NCBI RefSeq assembly: GCF_009914755.1
Contig: NC_060929.1
Origin: the human T2T-CHM13v2.0 reference genome, Homo sapiens
Reading direction: 5' to 3' (one strand)
Length of the DNA: 64,000 nt
The notes beneath the pieces were generated by a model. It was not told the DNA's origin, made no database searches, and saw only the letters and a list, made by a program, of their open reading frames with translations. The translations under genes and the position numbers were made by a program. How positions within the stretch are numbered: the stretch's first letter is position 1; each line of letters starts with the position of its first letter. Below are positions 1-14,010 of this stretch, piece after piece.

Positions 1-34
1 AAGAAAAAACTCTTGCATTCTTCACATGCTCATT

Positions 35-414
35 TGTATGAACTGAATGTGTTCTTCCAAAATGCATATTTTGAAGCCCTAACCTCCATGTGATGTTATT
101 TGGAGATGGGGCCTTTGGGAGGCAATTAGGTTTAAATGAGGTCATGAGGGTGGGGCTCCCATGATGGGATTAGTGCCCTTATGAGCAGAGGGAGACACCT
201 AAGTATACTCATGTTTGTTCTCTCTCTCTGTCATGTGAAGACACAGTGAGAAGATGGTTGTCTGCAAGGCAGGAAGAGGGTCCTCACCAGGAAATGAATC
301 TGTCAACACTTTTATCTTAAACTTCTCAGCCTCCAGAACTGTTAGAAATAAATGTGTGTTGCTTAAGCTACCCAGTCTATGGTATTTTGTTACAGCAACC
401 TGAGCTGACTAAGC
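35..414 (+). mobile_element. MaLR solo LTR, MLT1A/MLT1A0-like
   Basis: Starts TGTATGAACTGAATGTG; contains gggattagtgcccttat, cagcctccagaactg, aataaatg and a ctaag end, typical of MLT1A. Confidence 0.85.
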
Positions 415-829
415 TATCACTAAATTGAGGGTCTTCCAAAATCTCATGTACTGTGGGGATTGAGGGAGATTGGATCTTAAATTATTGATGCCGGAAACAG
501 GCATTTGAGGGTTATAAGTAGGATTTGAGGGTAGAAATTGAAATTTGTCTTTGGACAAATGATGCTTTGTTTGAAAAGAACCAACTGGATGGTCTGTGGA
601 CTAGTCAGTTTCCCTACAGAAGAGAGGTGACACATAGACTCACATTACCAATCTCTCCACTGAAATTCTCTTCCTGATATCTAGCTCTGAACTTCTTTCC
701 TGCCCTCTCCTACTTCTCTTACAGGCTGAATGTGAGTAGTCAGCTAAGTCACAAGGGGGTTCTTGTCCACCTTCTCTGAAAGTCCTCCTTGAGTGGGTCA
801 TCACCTTACTTTGGAAGGTTCGGATAAAT

Positions 830-975
830 TTTTATTTTGTACTTATTACAGTACAGAGAGGTCCCATCACCCAGCTTCCCCCAATAGTAGGATATTACAC
901 AACTGTGGCATATGAACAAATCCAGGACATTAATACTATCAGCATAATATACTTTACTAGAGTATAGATTGGGTT
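830..975 (-). mobile_element. Old L1M (L1MC-like) 3' end fragment
   Basis: cacccagcttcccccaat...aaatccaggacattaata resembles an antisense L1M 3' UTR. Confidence 0.5.
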
Positions 976-1699
976 CTTACTCAACTTGTTATTTCAGCTT
1001 AAATATTTAAGGCCAAGATAGTTTGGGCAAGGACCTTCTACCTCATCATGAGCCTGACAGGAGGAAGGAGCCTCCAAGGCCTGGGCAAGTCAGCAGAGAC
1101 TTGCCACTAAGGCCATGGAGACAGCATGAAGGATTCAGGGTCTGAGGACATACACAGGATACCATGATCCCACATAGCAGTAGAGCAGATACGGCATTTC
1201 TGCAATGACATTATGCCTCCACTTCAGGAGAGCACTGCAAAGGAATTATGAGGAACAGACAACAATCACAATTATGGCCTCTTCCCTCCTCCATAAGGTG
1301 CATCTGAATCTGCTTCAGGGACATAAAGAACTTAACAGCTGACCAGAAGATGGGCACAAACCTTCCTAGGAGTTCTCTGACAAGCCTTGGGAAAAGAAGG
1401 AGGTGTAACAAAACGAAGCATCTTGTGTTGAAATCAGAATAATATCTTCATACTGCCCCTGAGGTCCCCTCGTCCTCTCTCCCCACCAAAATGTCAGAAA
1501 TCTGAATTTCAGGATAACATACAGCTTTTCCACTTCCTCCTCTTCTACCCCATGCATGAAATGAGATGATTTCTCCTCTCTGGGGAAATTGATGAGCCCT
1601 AAAAGAAAGATGTATATTTACTGGCATTTGGTGCCTCCAATAAAATGGCTGGGTCTCTTTCCTATCATCCTGGAGAAGCCATCACTTTATAAGTCCCAC

Positions 1700-2120
1700 A
1701 TTCACAACGAAAACTTCTAATCAGCTTTTAAGTTCCTTGTTGTTAAATGCATACAAATATCCAAGGACCTTTCAGTATTTAAGGAAAGCTTCTAATATGA
1801 AAGATAGAACCTGAAACAACCAGAATAGCCTTGTGACTTTCACAAAAAAGTCAAGGTGGGCAGAAAAGGAAAGCTTGCAGAAGCTGCAATCGATATATTT
1901 GAGACAATGAGAAGATAACACATTCATGAAATGGGATACTCAAAAGTCTGAGAATAAGAAAGAGTTTTGGGAAGTTAAAAAATGTTACAGAAGAAATTAA
2001 AAATCTGTAGATGGACTGAAAAACAAAGTTGAGAAAATCTCCAAAAAATTAGTATAAAAAAAAGCAAGACTTGGAAAATAAGTGACAAGATAAGAAAATT
2101 AAATCAATTCAAGTCCAAAA
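1700..2120 (+). mobile_element. Ancient L1M/HAL1 ORF1-region fragment
   Basis: A-rich sense text aaaaatctgtagatggactgaaaaacaaagttgagaaaatctcc is typical of ORF1 coiled-coil remnants. Confidence 0.5.
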
Positions 2121-3190
2121 TTCTCCATGTTACTCTCTTGCCCCAAACCCTCCAATGGTTTCCCATCTTACTAATGTAAAAGCCAAACTCTTGCACTCAC
2201 AATGTCACACATGATTTGGTGCCCATCACTTTCTGATCTCATCTGGTGACTCTGTCCCCACTCACTTCACTGCAGCCTCACTCAAGAGCTCCTGTTAGGT
2301 GTGCTCCCACCTCAAGGTACTTGCAACTGAGTGTTTCCTCTGGCTGGAATATTCTTCTAACAGCCAGGAAGAAGGAGGAGAGGTCCTTGGGAATCCACAA
2401 TTCTGCTGCAAGTAGACCATCAGGGCTGAACACCCCAGGCTGACACCTCAGCTAGAAGACCATAAGCAAAGTGACCTGGGCATAAACTACATCTCTCAGA
2501 GGCTCCTGGATGTTTCACCTGGGAATGAAAAAGTAAGCTGCAATCAAGAGGACAAAACAAGTGATTAAAAGTGAACTTAACCTCTGAGTAAGTGACAGAC
2601 AGTACTGCCTCTCTTATTTTGCTATCTGTTCTTTTAACTTTTCACCTAAGAAAATATTAGGCATCCTATTCTCCAAGTCAGAAAGCACTGATAGCCTCTG
2701 TCTACCAAAATAATTGTATAAACTCTTCTCTTTCTAGCATTCAATGTCCTCATAAAGTGCACTCAATCTCCCTTTCTTGCCTTCTTGCCAACAGCTCTCC
2801 TGTCTTACACTTGTCTAGTTCCTGCACTCTGAGCATCCCTGCACACCTGCGTTTTTCTACCTCATACCTCCACTCTCCTGGAAAGTTTCTTCCTGGAAAG
2901 TCCTCCTGCCCACATCTACCACAATTCTATATTAATTGTCAAGGCTCATCTCAATGCCATTAATCCTTCCCTGGTCTCACCAATCAGACGTGACTTCTCC
3001 TTCCTTTGAACTTCACTTGAATATCCCTTTTGGAAGTTATATGACTTCAACCTACATTTTAGTTATGTTTGTCATGTCTTAGACTTCCCTCTAGACTGTG
3101 AGTTATTTGAAAAATGAGGGTGAAGCTTGATCACTTTTACCACTTCAGAGTGATGCCACACAATGCTTTGCCCTAAGTGGGCAATTGAAG
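2120..3190 (+). mobile_element. L2 fragments (discontinuous)
   Basis: aaaccctccaatggtttcccatc, ctcacttcactgcagcc, cctctagactgtgagtt are L2 3'-region motifs. Confidence 0.6.
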
Positions 3191-4761
3191 ATTCCTAGAA
3201 AAAGGTTCATTTTGTCTGGGTCATTTGAAAGACAATCTCCAACCATGCCTTTCCTTCTTGAATGTTTGGAAGCATCACCCATTCACTGTGAACATAGTAC
3301 TTGTGTCCAGTTGTATGCTGGACCAGAAATAAGCTAGAGTTAAAAGTCAGAATATTTCATTCAAACATCCCTATTCCCAAATTCCCTTGAAATACTAAAA
3401 AACTGAATGACGCTGGACTTTGCCTCATAGCGACCATCAGAAAGGGCAAATGTACAGCTATCATCTATGGATGGGCATGCCTTCCACAGCCTCCACAGTC
3501 CTCTGGGCCTGCCTCTGTGACTCATGTCTCCCACTGAGCCCTCCAGGTGTTTGAATTTTGCGAGCCCTGGTCTAAATCATGTTTGGCCTTTGCCATTTTA
3601 AAAGAATCTAGCACTTGATGTTGCTCAGAACAGAAATCCTACATGTAAAACTTTGCAAGTCATTAAAAAAATACACTCCTCTGAACACTAACACTGAGAA
3701 TCCTGAATGATTTCCTGATGTACTTCTTCCTTCTGAAAAGGTGTCTCCAAGCACCTTTAGAAATTGTAAATCAGCAGCACACGATGGCAGCATGAAAGTC
3801 ACTTCAAGGAATATAAAAATAAAACAAAACTGTAACTTGAAAATGTCAAACCCTCATTAAAATACTAGAAATGTCATTTAATAAAGGAGGCTTGGAGGTT
3901 CACATGGTTAAACTGAGATACTGCAGAAACTTATACCCAAATTTTTAACACATAATCAAGAGAAAAAACTGAACTGGGAACTGTAAGGAAAATTATTTTG
4001 CCATATGTACCCCAAAATGTAGTAAATAAACAATGAGCAGAGATATGTTTTTATTCTTGCATACAACAGCAGGTCCCCAGAGCTGTGCTACAATTCAGCA
4101 GTGTGTATTGTATTGAGAAAAAGAACTCACTTTATTAAGCAGCAAGAACAAAATCCTCCACAAATGTCTTCTCTAATAGAAATCACCTTCACTGCTAATT
4201 TGGAATTTGGAGCAATAGCCTTTTATTAAACTATTTACAAACAGCATTTTATACCTCAGAATATATCATCATAAATCAAGCACAAACTATTGCATTAGCC
4301 TCAAATAGACTCAGTTAGAGAACCTCAATAGAGATTTTAAATGCCCGTCCTTCCAATTTTACCCATAGTACCTTGCAATGCAACTTAATTTTGGTATTGA
4401 GGCTTTCATAAAAGTTCTATCTTTACTAACTCAAATAACGCTATTACAAAATTTAAATGAAAAACAAACCATGGCAAGGGGAAAAAATTAATAGGGATAG
4501 TCAAGGGACTGCAGATACATCTTCAAGTGAAAATAGAAAACAGATGAAAAGTCAATAAAGAAGTGAGACAGAAAAGGAGGTTTCTGAGTTTAAGCAGCAA
4601 AGCAAGTGAATTTTCACCACCATGGCCTACCAGCTTGAATAAACAGAACAGAGATTATGTAAGAAACATAAACATGAGGGAGTAGCAGGAGGGCATTCAA
4701 AACAAAATAGGCATGTATCATTGAATTTTGCAATTATCTTTGAGTGCATATTTCTATCCAG

Positions 4762-4932
4762 GTGGTATGACTTAACGGATAAGAGCATAGCCTTTGGAGT
4801 GGGGTTTCCCGGCGACAGAGGACAAGTTACCCTTTGTTCCTCTGTATCCTTATCTGTAAATTGAACATAACAGCACCTACATCACGGGGCTGTTGTGGAG
4901 TTAAAGGAGTTAATGCACCCAACACACTTAGG
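4762..4932 (+). mobile_element. MIR
   Basis: aagagcatagcctttggagt...tatctgtaaa...cacctacatcacggggctgttgtg core. Confidence 0.7.
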
Positions 4933-5644
4933 GAGATGTGGTTACACTACAACCTTTGGATTGAACCAAGTCACAAAACAAAAATTCAATACTGTTAAGC
5001 AAAGACATAAAAAGATCTTCCAAGAAACAACAAAAAACAAAAACAAAAACAACTAAATGAACCACTTTAAGCCGTGATTCAGTTGATCTAAATCTATTAG
5101 GTCAGAATAAAACCAGAAACTTCAAAATGTTTTCCAAACTAATGTAGCACAATTGTTTCATTAGGATCAGTCCCTGGGAGAGAAATGAGATGGAGAAAGG
5201 AGCAAAGTCAAATGATTCATTTGTTATGAATAACAAACTGCTAGTCCCGTTTCAGTGTCTCCACTTTTCACATTCCTAAGTGTTGTTCTCAGCCTCCACA
5301 TTTTGGCTTTTCCATTCAGCATCTGCCATAGCCATTCTCACTAGGGCTATTTTTACCCTTTGCTCACCTTGGATGACAATGGCTCAGAGGTGACAGCAGA
5401 AAATTTGTGATCAGAGGAGATGGGACTTGAAGGCCAAAGCAGTTTTCATAAACCACTTACTGGGGATGAAGATGTCAGGCCAGGCTTGTTAAGCAAAACC
5501 AGAGGTTTCTGATCAGAAGCAAGAGGATTAACCAAATCTAACACCCACACAGACAACAAAGATCAGAGACAGCTGAGTCAGATGTCAGACAAACAGACAA
5601 CAGCCAGAAGGGAAGCAAAACAGGTGCCAAAAATTTCAGGCAAT

Positions 5645-5760
5645 CCTGGAACGATAGCGCATACCTGTGGTCCTGGCTATTCAGGAGGCTGAGGCAGGAG
5701 GATTGCTTGAGCCCAGGAGTTCGAGACCTGCGTAGGCAACATGGTGATACTTCCATCTCT

Positions 5761-5796
<36 letters not shown>

Positions 5797-5800
5797 GATA
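5645..5800 (+). mobile_element. FLAM_A-like Alu monomer with (TAAA)n tail
   Basis: Single arm ggaggctgaggcaggaggattgcttgagcccaggagttcgagacc; (TAAA)n at 5762-5795; degenerate TSD aaaatttcaggcaatc / aaaagttccaggcagtc. Confidence 0.85.
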
Positions 5801-6544
5801 ATCCTTTTTTAAAAAGTTCCAGGCAGTCAGTCAAGAATCAGGATGTTCAGAATAGGGCTGGTATATAGTAGGAGTTCAATAAACAATAAATTAATGACCA
5901 CGAATAAATGAATAAGAAAAAGACTCATGGAAAAGCAAGCAGTAGGACAGGTATAAGGGTAGAGGGGTGTAGTGAGCAGAGAAGACCTTGACAGCAAAAA
6001 CTTGTTCGTCTCTCTGAGAGCTGCAAGGAGCCTTCTTTGAGACTAGAGAGGGTAATCTAGTGTGGCTAGCTAAATGCAAGTGTGAGCACACACAGGTGCA
6101 CCTTGCTTGCTTCAGTAAGGAGTAATGAGCAGAAGAAATGGACTGCAGCTTATGACCTACAACCCCTCTTAAACCAAACAGCTCCTTTCTGCCTCCTTTT
6201 CTTCTTCTCTTTTTCAAGTGCTCTTTCATTCATGGGACTCTAAGCAGACTTTGGTAACTCCATCTCTGATGTTTCCAGCCTGGTCTCACAGGAAGCACAC
6301 GCCACAGTTTGATATTCTCCAGGGCCAAAATTCTTCTGGAGTTTACCTGATTGCATTCCTGGGTTTGTTTAGGACAAAGGAAGGAAAGAAGGGAAAGGGA
6401 AAAGAAGGGTAATACGTATGTTTTTACAGATTTAAGTTGAGCTTTGTTGAGGGAGAAGAACCGAGACTGTGTATACAAGAAACATTGCTGTTCCTCCTCA
6501 TCTAGTCTGTCAGTATCCCTCACCGGATATTTTTTAGAATAGGG

Positions 6545-6923
6545 TAGTGGATAGGCGGTGCTCCAAGATCTCCCCTTAGCACTGAGCTACTCACTTCTCC
6601 AGCTGCTGGGAATACCGACTGCGGAGAGTTTGCTGGAAACTGCCTTTGCCACAGGGCCATGCTCCACTCCAGGGAGCCACCCACAGCCAATGACTAGATG
6701 ATGCGAGGATACATAGGCCCCACCCTCTTGTTTCAATTCAAGACATCTGTGGATGCTGTCCCATCTCCAGCATGCACCAGACAACTGGCTGAGACTCAGT
6801 GGCAACAGCATTGCAATTGCACTTGAGCTTGTCCCTCTACCAATCCTGACTTCCTCAAATCCCTACAGGAAGTGTACAATTCTCTGCCTCTGAGTCTGTT
6901 CCAAGGAAACCCAGTCTAAGACA
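6545..6923 (+). mobile_element. ERVL solo LTR, LTR16-like
   Basis: cccagctgctggga-like motif, cagccaatgact, and end tctgagtctgttccaaggaaacccagtctaagaca. Confidence 0.7.
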
Positions 6924-9154
6924 AAGCACACCCTGTTTGGGGACACATGTCATATAAATTACATTCAAGGGGGAAAATATACTGACCATATGTGTTTCTT
7001 ACACCAGCCACTCACTGGCTAGGAATGATGTCAAGAGACGGTTAGCCATCTCTTGGAATGCTTCTCAGCAGCAGTCTTACACTTGGAAAAAATAGACTCG
7101 TTCCTTTCCCCATGGGCAAGAATAGATAACAAAAGAAAATAAGCTATCAAAACAAGGGCAAAGTTGCTACCTAGAAATATTTTATGATTTCCCGCATTGC
7201 TATGTAATTGGGATGTTCTCTCATTAAATATAGAATAACATATAGTCCCTTATTGAATCCAAACAATTTCAGTAACATTATACCCTCAAAAACTCAGCAT
7301 AAGTAGTTTATGTAAAGCAGTGGAAAGCTGGGATTTAACGACTATCTTGGGGCTTGGTAAAACTGTGTGGTGTTATTTGGATGATTGTGTCCAGGAATAA
7401 TTGTTTCATTCATATTGAATACCAGGAAGGCTTTAGGAATTAAATAATTTATATTGAATTAAGTTAAATAATCTAGCCAACAAACCTAATGAATCATGAA
7501 CTGCATTCTGATTGGTGGAGAAGAGACATTAGCCCCCAGAGAGTAGCTGCTTTCTCTGCATAACCATCCAGGCATACTACACATAAATTTGCAAGTTGGC
7601 CAATATAGTTGTAAAAGATGAACTGAGTGTACAAGATAGATACGGAATTCCCTGGAGCCTGAGCTGACCAGTGCAGACTTGGTGGTGAATACTAAAAAAA
7701 TTATTATAGAAACAATTTAAAGTTAACCCTCAAATTTATGAAATCAATGCAAGTTATGCTGCTTGAGAAATTAACTGTGCTGTTCATTGTAAGACTACTA
7801 ATTGCTATTAGGGAAAAGTGTGCTTTCAAAGCAATATACATAACGTAGGAATGTTAGATTGGCTTTTGTCAAAATATTGAGCATCTGTTTAAAAAACATA
7901 GTCAAGAATAAGACTAGGGAACATCCTATGAAATATACATATGTAAAGTCTCCTTTTATTTGCTGTATCCATTTTAAATAGGAAACAAGGGGTTACTTAT
8001 CTTCAGGGGATCTTGAAGAACATCTCACAAAAGCTCAAGAATGAATAATGAAACACATTAAGAACCAGGTTCTTAACATGTTTTCAATTAAAAACTAAGT
8101 GGTTACATGAGCTCTGCATGATGCATAAGTGGAGATATGATCATTGTCATTATTTTATAAGTTGAATTTTCCAAGGTTTGTCCTTCTGAAGCTTTTTATT
8201 TCTTCTTGGAGGTTGTTTTCTCTGAGGAAAATAGAGCATCTGTACCACTGAGTTTGTGGCTATATGGTCTGGGGACACCTTCCTTGGCACCAACAACCAA
8301 GACCTATAAAGAAGCACTCTCCCTTATATTTCATTCTATTTTTTTTCTAGAGAGTTGAAATGATGAATAAAAACAATCAAGCATAATATTTACTAATCAC
8401 TATGTTTACTAAAAGAATATATAACTTGAACAAAGTTTTTAGACATAAAAAGTATTCGGGCCTTTCTAATCTTTATCTAATGGTAGCAATCACTAGGTTT
8501 CCTAACCCTGATTTTTTTTCTTGAGGGCAGAACATGACGTTCCGAGTTTTTTAGTATCTAAAAGCTATTACTGTGCATGTCCACAGACTAGACTCTAGGC
8601 TTGTAGGCCACTTTTTTTACTGCTCTTTCTTTTTTAATAGAAGCCTTTACCTACTTCTCTACCATTTATCCACAGAATGACTATAATCACGCTTCCAAAT
8701 GCCTGGCCCAAAGTCCAGGCTATTTCATGTTTAACAATATCTACATCTGTTTTCAGCACACATTTTTCTAATTTCATAGAGTGGATACATTTATCAGAAA
8801 TTGGGTATGACAGATACATCGCCACAGGGGAAAAAATTTGAGGATGTTTCTGAAAACCACACTTAAGAAATCAGAAAAGCATTTAACATTATTTACTTAG
8901 AAACACATTCTAATAAATGTTAGTGATATTACATACTAAAATACTGCACAGTACAGAATCAGGAACTGTTGTAATTACCAGTGTCATGTGGGCAAAGAGA
9001 AAAAAAATTTCATCTCACAGGAATGCAAAGAAAAAAAGGCATTTAGTAATGGTTGCTTTGAACAGCTCTTTCTCCTGAGCTTTTCATTCCCACATTCTGG
9101 CATCTTTCTAGACAGCCTTAGAAGAGGTAACTACTTTGCAATTCTAATACTTTA

Positions 9155-9535
9155 GTAGTGCAGCCAAAAAATGATGTCTGTGTTCAAATGGAACCTCTAC
9201 CATTCACTAGCAATGGGACTTTGGGCAAGTCGTTGTGACTCACTTGCTTCATGAAATCTTCTGCAACCTGACATTGTCTTATTTATTGGTTAATTTGCTT
9301 TATTACCTCTCTCTTTTACTAAAATGTGTGTCATTTTTGTTCCCAGCTTTATTCCAAGCACCTATAATGCGCATAGCAGGCACTAAAATCTTTGTTGAAT
9401 GAATGAAGTTAATAAACCTCCCTAGGCCTCAGTATCTTCATCTGTGAAAGGAAGAAAAATAATACCAGCTACCTTAGATGGAGGAGGCAAGAATTAAGTG
9501 AGATAGCTGTACAGAAAAAAGCACAGTGCCTGGTT
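9155..9535 (+). mobile_element. MIR interrupted by an L2 3' end (about 9250-9405)
   Basis: ggactttgggcaagtc ... tgttgaatgaatgaa (L2 tail) ... gcctcagtatcttcatctgtgaaa. Confidence 0.65.
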
Positions 9536-9706
9536 GACTTTTATTTGGCAAAGGCAAAGCATTCTCTTCCCTAGCTTGCTTTCTCCCCCACTGTAGTGCA
9601 AGCTGACCTCATGGGTATGTTTATAATAGTGATCCTCACCCACACCAGACCCTTCTTATGAAAGATATTTTATATAACATCCCCTGTACTATTCCACTAT
9701 GCCGGT

Positions 9707-9725
9707 TTATCCCTAGATGGCAAAG
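9707..9725 (+). promoter_or_regulatory. Possible CTCF motif
   Basis: tatCCCTAGATGGCAaag matches the CCASYAGRKGGC core with 5' mismatches. Confidence 0.3.
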
Positions 9726-10539
9726 AGTCATAAAAAATAAGAGCTAAACAAGGTGAAAGGAAGGACATCAGAACCAGCAAATAACATCAGAAAAAAAAAT
9801 AAGATCCCATGGGAGGATTACAGCATGGAAGCAGGGAAAGTTATCGTAGCCCCGTGACCAGGAGGTTAGCTCCTAAGTTTTCTTGCTGCCTGGGATGCCT
9901 ATAGCATAAGCTGTCATCAAACCTAACACCTCCAAATTCAGTGTGTACTCACTGACTCACAAAATGTTAGATATAAAGGGAAATCTGCAGATCATTTGGT
10001 TTAACCCCTTTGTTTTATCCACAAAGAAACGGAGCCCCAGTGAGAGTAGATAAGAAGCGCAAGTCTTCCAGTTCACCAGATCTCATCTTAGCAATACAAT
10101 TAATGATGAATCCATTGAACCAAGGATACTATATTTTATTTGCACATAATTATTGAAATGAAATTTTGTGTTTGTGTTTTTAAACAGTGGTATCCTCATT
10201 ATCTAAAACATGATACCTTCACACCAACGAAGGACACCAAGCAGAATGGTTCTTGAGAATCTACAAACTGCTAATAAATAAGATATTTCAAGAACATTAG
10301 GTGACTTAGCCATAGAGGGAAATTTCATTAAACAAAAAGCAGAGGGCTTCTTCTAAAATAGAATGGTCTACCTATTGACCATAGAAGATGTAATGCTGTT
10401 TGTTGAACAAAATATGCATATCTTGGAAAAATATTTTCTCCCCCAACATTCTTTCTCGCAGCCTCCCATTTTGTGCTATAACAGATGTACTTTAATCTTG
10501 TAAAAGGATATAAGTGATGAAGTCCTCAACAACATTATA

Positions 10540-10835
10540 AAATGACCACTTATTTACTGTGTACCATGTAGCAGGCACGCTGCTAACATGCTCATTATAT
10601 ACCAGTGCTTCTCTATCCTGGCTACACATTAGAATCACCTGGGAACTTAGCTTAACAGCAACAAAAGGGCACCCTAATGTGTAGCCAATGGTTGAGAAAT
10701 GCTGATATACACCATCTCGGTAGAGGTATACTATTATTATACTCGTTCTTCAGATAAGAAAACTGAGATACACAGTCTAGCTATCTTGCCAAAGGTCGCA
10801 CATTAACTGCCCAAGGTGCAGTCTTAACCCAGAGC
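10540..10835 (-). mobile_element. MIR with a nested, internally deleted MER5-type hAT element (10603-10704)
   Basis: cagataagaaaactgaga MIR core; cagtgcttctc...ttgagaaatgctg inverted termini and ttagaatcacctggg. Confidence 0.7.
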
Positions 10836-11016
10836 AGCTGAGCAGATCCAACTATTTATTTAATAGATACTGCTATTTGCCATCACTGTGATTAATGAAT
10901 GAAGACAGAGCCTAGGTTGAATAGCCACTTATTCAATAAGTCTGTTTTTAATATATATATAAATTCCCAGCCCCTCCAAAAAAGGTCTTTCAACCTGTGT
11001 TTTAAAAACAATTTTC

Positions 11017-11329
<313 letters not shown>

Positions 11330-11419
11330 AAAAACAATTTTCTATTTCTTCATCTTCCAAATAGCTTTGCCCAGCATATATATTTACATATATATAAAAT
11401 ATCAAATGTCTTTTTGCAT

Positions 11420-11530
11420 TTAATTTTTAAATTGAGGTAAAACTTACATAACATAAAATTCACCATTTTAAAGTGTATAATTCGGTGGCTTTTAGTACAT
11501 TCATAATGTTGTGCGACCATCACCACGTCG
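11420..11530 (-). mobile_element. L1MB-type 3' end
   Basis: ttgaggtaaaacttacataacataaaattcaccattttaaagtgtataattc...ttgtgcgaccatcacc. Confidence 0.8.
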
Positions 11531-11714
11531 TTTTCATCCAACTGCCATATGGTGATATCGCTCCCCTAAAATATTTTCAGCAACCCAAAGCCTGAAAACT
11601 CACTGTAAAAATTCATGGTTTAGAATCTTAAAAGTAATTATGGTTTCAAGAATATCTATTAACATTGTGAAAACTTGTATAGCTATTTGCTGTTAGCAGA
11701 TCTAATCTTAAGGA

Positions 11715-11760
11715 AGCCTGTCTTTTGAGAACAACCCTCTACGTTCTGCCAGTTCCCATA
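11715..11760 (+). repeat. 46-bp dispersed copy of 13949-13994, flanked by an 11-bp direct repeat
   Basis: 43/46 identical; AATCTTAAGGA at 11704-11714 and 11761-11771. Confidence 0.9.
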
Positions 11761-12329
11761 AATCTTAAGGATAACTAAATAAGAATGGTGTGGCAAAAAG
11801 ACACTTTCAAAATGGTGGTCCATACAATCAGAAAGGTATATGTATATATGTGTAGTGATGTGATTTTTTTTATCAATAAGTTTATTATGTATAAGCTCAT
11901 TTTGTGGGTCCTATGTCTACACCAAGCAACATAAGCCTCTACACTTGCCTTCTATTTCCACACATCCCATAAACGGTCAGTGATTAGACACTTGACCCTG
12001 AAAAATATTAAAAGTTTGATCACTTCTTGGTCCATGCCATGTAGCAAACTTAAAAGTTCCCTGCCCACATTCTCCTTATTCTCTTCATGGAAGGTGCTAG
12101 GGAAACCTTCCTTCTCTTCAGTCTTGAATAAAAACTGGTTAGATGTTTTCCCATCTATTACATGTGTCCCATGGTCAGTGGCAACTAGACCTAGTGCTTC
12201 CAAGTGTAGTCTAAATTTCTTATGTAGACCCATAGAATTACCATATGCTAGCTAATCTGGTCATTTTTTTCCCTAAAAACATCATATCAATGACATGTGC
12301 CCCACTTGTATCTTGGACTTCCCAAGCAT

Positions 12330-12490
12330 CATAGCATGGACATCAGTTTGGAGTCAAGTAGAATCAAGCTTGAATTCCAATTTCTCCATTCATTAGTTGA
12401 ATGACCATAGGAAAATGATCTTTGTGTAAGTCTCAGACTTCTCACCTTAAAATGGGGTTGTAATTTCTACTTTATTTGATTATTGGAAAA
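12330..12490 (+). mobile_element. MIR
   Basis: tttggagtcaag...tctcagacttctcaccttaaaatgggg. Confidence 0.6.
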
Positions 12491-12989
12491 ATTGAGTTAA
12501 TTTTTGGAAATTGGAAAAATTGACTTAATATATATTTGTTATGTACTTTTAAGGTTAACTTTTTTAAGCCTTTGTCAACTAACACTTTTTAAGAATTTGT
12601 TAATTTGTACTTATATAGATGTCTGACATTGAGAGGAAATGGGTGTGGTTGTGAGTGTGTCATTTATTGGTCTTTCAAAATATATTTCCCCCTTGCTAAC
12701 CTCAACCAGATTTCCATTTGTAGAATTGCTTCTCTGGTATTGTGCAAGGGGTTGGTGAGTTGGTAAATGATGATGCTATCCCCCACTTGGAATCTATAGA
12801 GGCCAGATCCTGCCAGGCAGCCAGGAACTGGGCTGGTTGACTTTCAACATGACCAAGCAGATATTCTATTAGAGGATTTAATTTCTGAGCATGAGTGGAA
12901 AAGATGGCTGAATTTACCTATTCCTCATGGTAACAAAATTCCTGCCTGCTGCAACTAAAATTATTGGTGTCTCCATTTGTATGCCAGGA

Positions 12990-14010
12990 AAGAGTGTTGG
13001 ACCTACAATCATCACACAAAAAAAAATTATTTGGTTTAGGATGGCCTGAAGCTATCTCTGAAACAATCCTTGTGGCAAGAAAGACAGGATGGTCTTTACT
13101 GGTTTAGATTAATCAGAGCCCTTTTCTGATGCTGGGGGAGGGGTACATTTCTCCTAACACAAGATTATTCATCATGGTGAAGGGATAAAATAATTGTTGA
13201 GGAACTCTCACAGTATCTACCATAGTACACCTTTGCTATCCAACATGCATAAAGACACTCCTTCTCATGCAAAAACTTTTTAAAGTGCTTGTGCATAGTT
13301 GAAACACTGTCACTCCTTGTCTAAAAGAAGACAATCCAAAAATCTAATACAGTTATTACATTCAGTTCCCATGTCCCACACCTCTGGATGATGTGCCATC
13401 TATTCTGTCAATCCAGATGTGACTTCAATGTGGATTGAAAAAGTTGTCCACCCTCAACACATGCAATATAAAGTGGTGGAGAAGAATAACAGCAATAAAA
13501 ACTCACATTTGGAGCGGGGGAAGATATTGGGAAGCAATTCACGTGGTCATTAATTCATAGCACATATCAAATCCTGCTGAGACTCCTTGCTTGGACAGTA
13601 AAGTGAGAACCCAATATATGTCTTGAATATCTGTAATTAATGGAGTTTACAAGGTCACCTAATCTTGACACTCAGATCTGCTAAGATGAACTCCCTTGAC
13701 TCTCATCTTTCATGGCCACATCAAAGAGGTACCTATTTTGGAAGTTATACCATTTTAGCAGCTTATTTCTTATTGGTTACATTTCTGGGGCCCAAGGAAA
13801 AAGTAAAAATAGTCACTAGCTGTTGTTACCCAAGTTTGAGATTTCTTTGGCAATATGGCTTTCTTAAAAATTTAGTAGGCTTCTGTCTTTTTGCTCCCAG
13901 TAAATTCTATGAATCTATATACAAAGAGGTCACATTTCAAGTCCAGGAAGCCTGTCTCTTGATAACAACCCTCTAGGTTCTGCCAGTTCCCATAAACCCA
14001 TAAACCATGC
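12990..14010 (-). mobile_element. MaLR (MLT1) LTR and internal-sequence fragments
   Basis: tctaccatagtacacc LTR/internal junction, ccagatgtgacttc, ctttggcaatatggctttcttaaaaatttagtaggcttc resemble antisense MLT1-int. Confidence 0.5.
13616..13652 (+). repeat. 37-bp dispersed direct repeat (other copy 14707-14743)
   Basis: ATATGTCTTG(aa/tg)TATCTGTAATTAATGGAGTTTACAA, 35/37 identical. Confidence 0.9.

Noticed and set aside
10188-10300. + strand exon candidate
   Set aside because: Fair acceptor but weak donor (TAG|GTGACT) and no coding support
11952-12255. Overlapping ~90-aa ORFs on both strands
   Set aside because: No recognisable homology or splice support; within chance expectation
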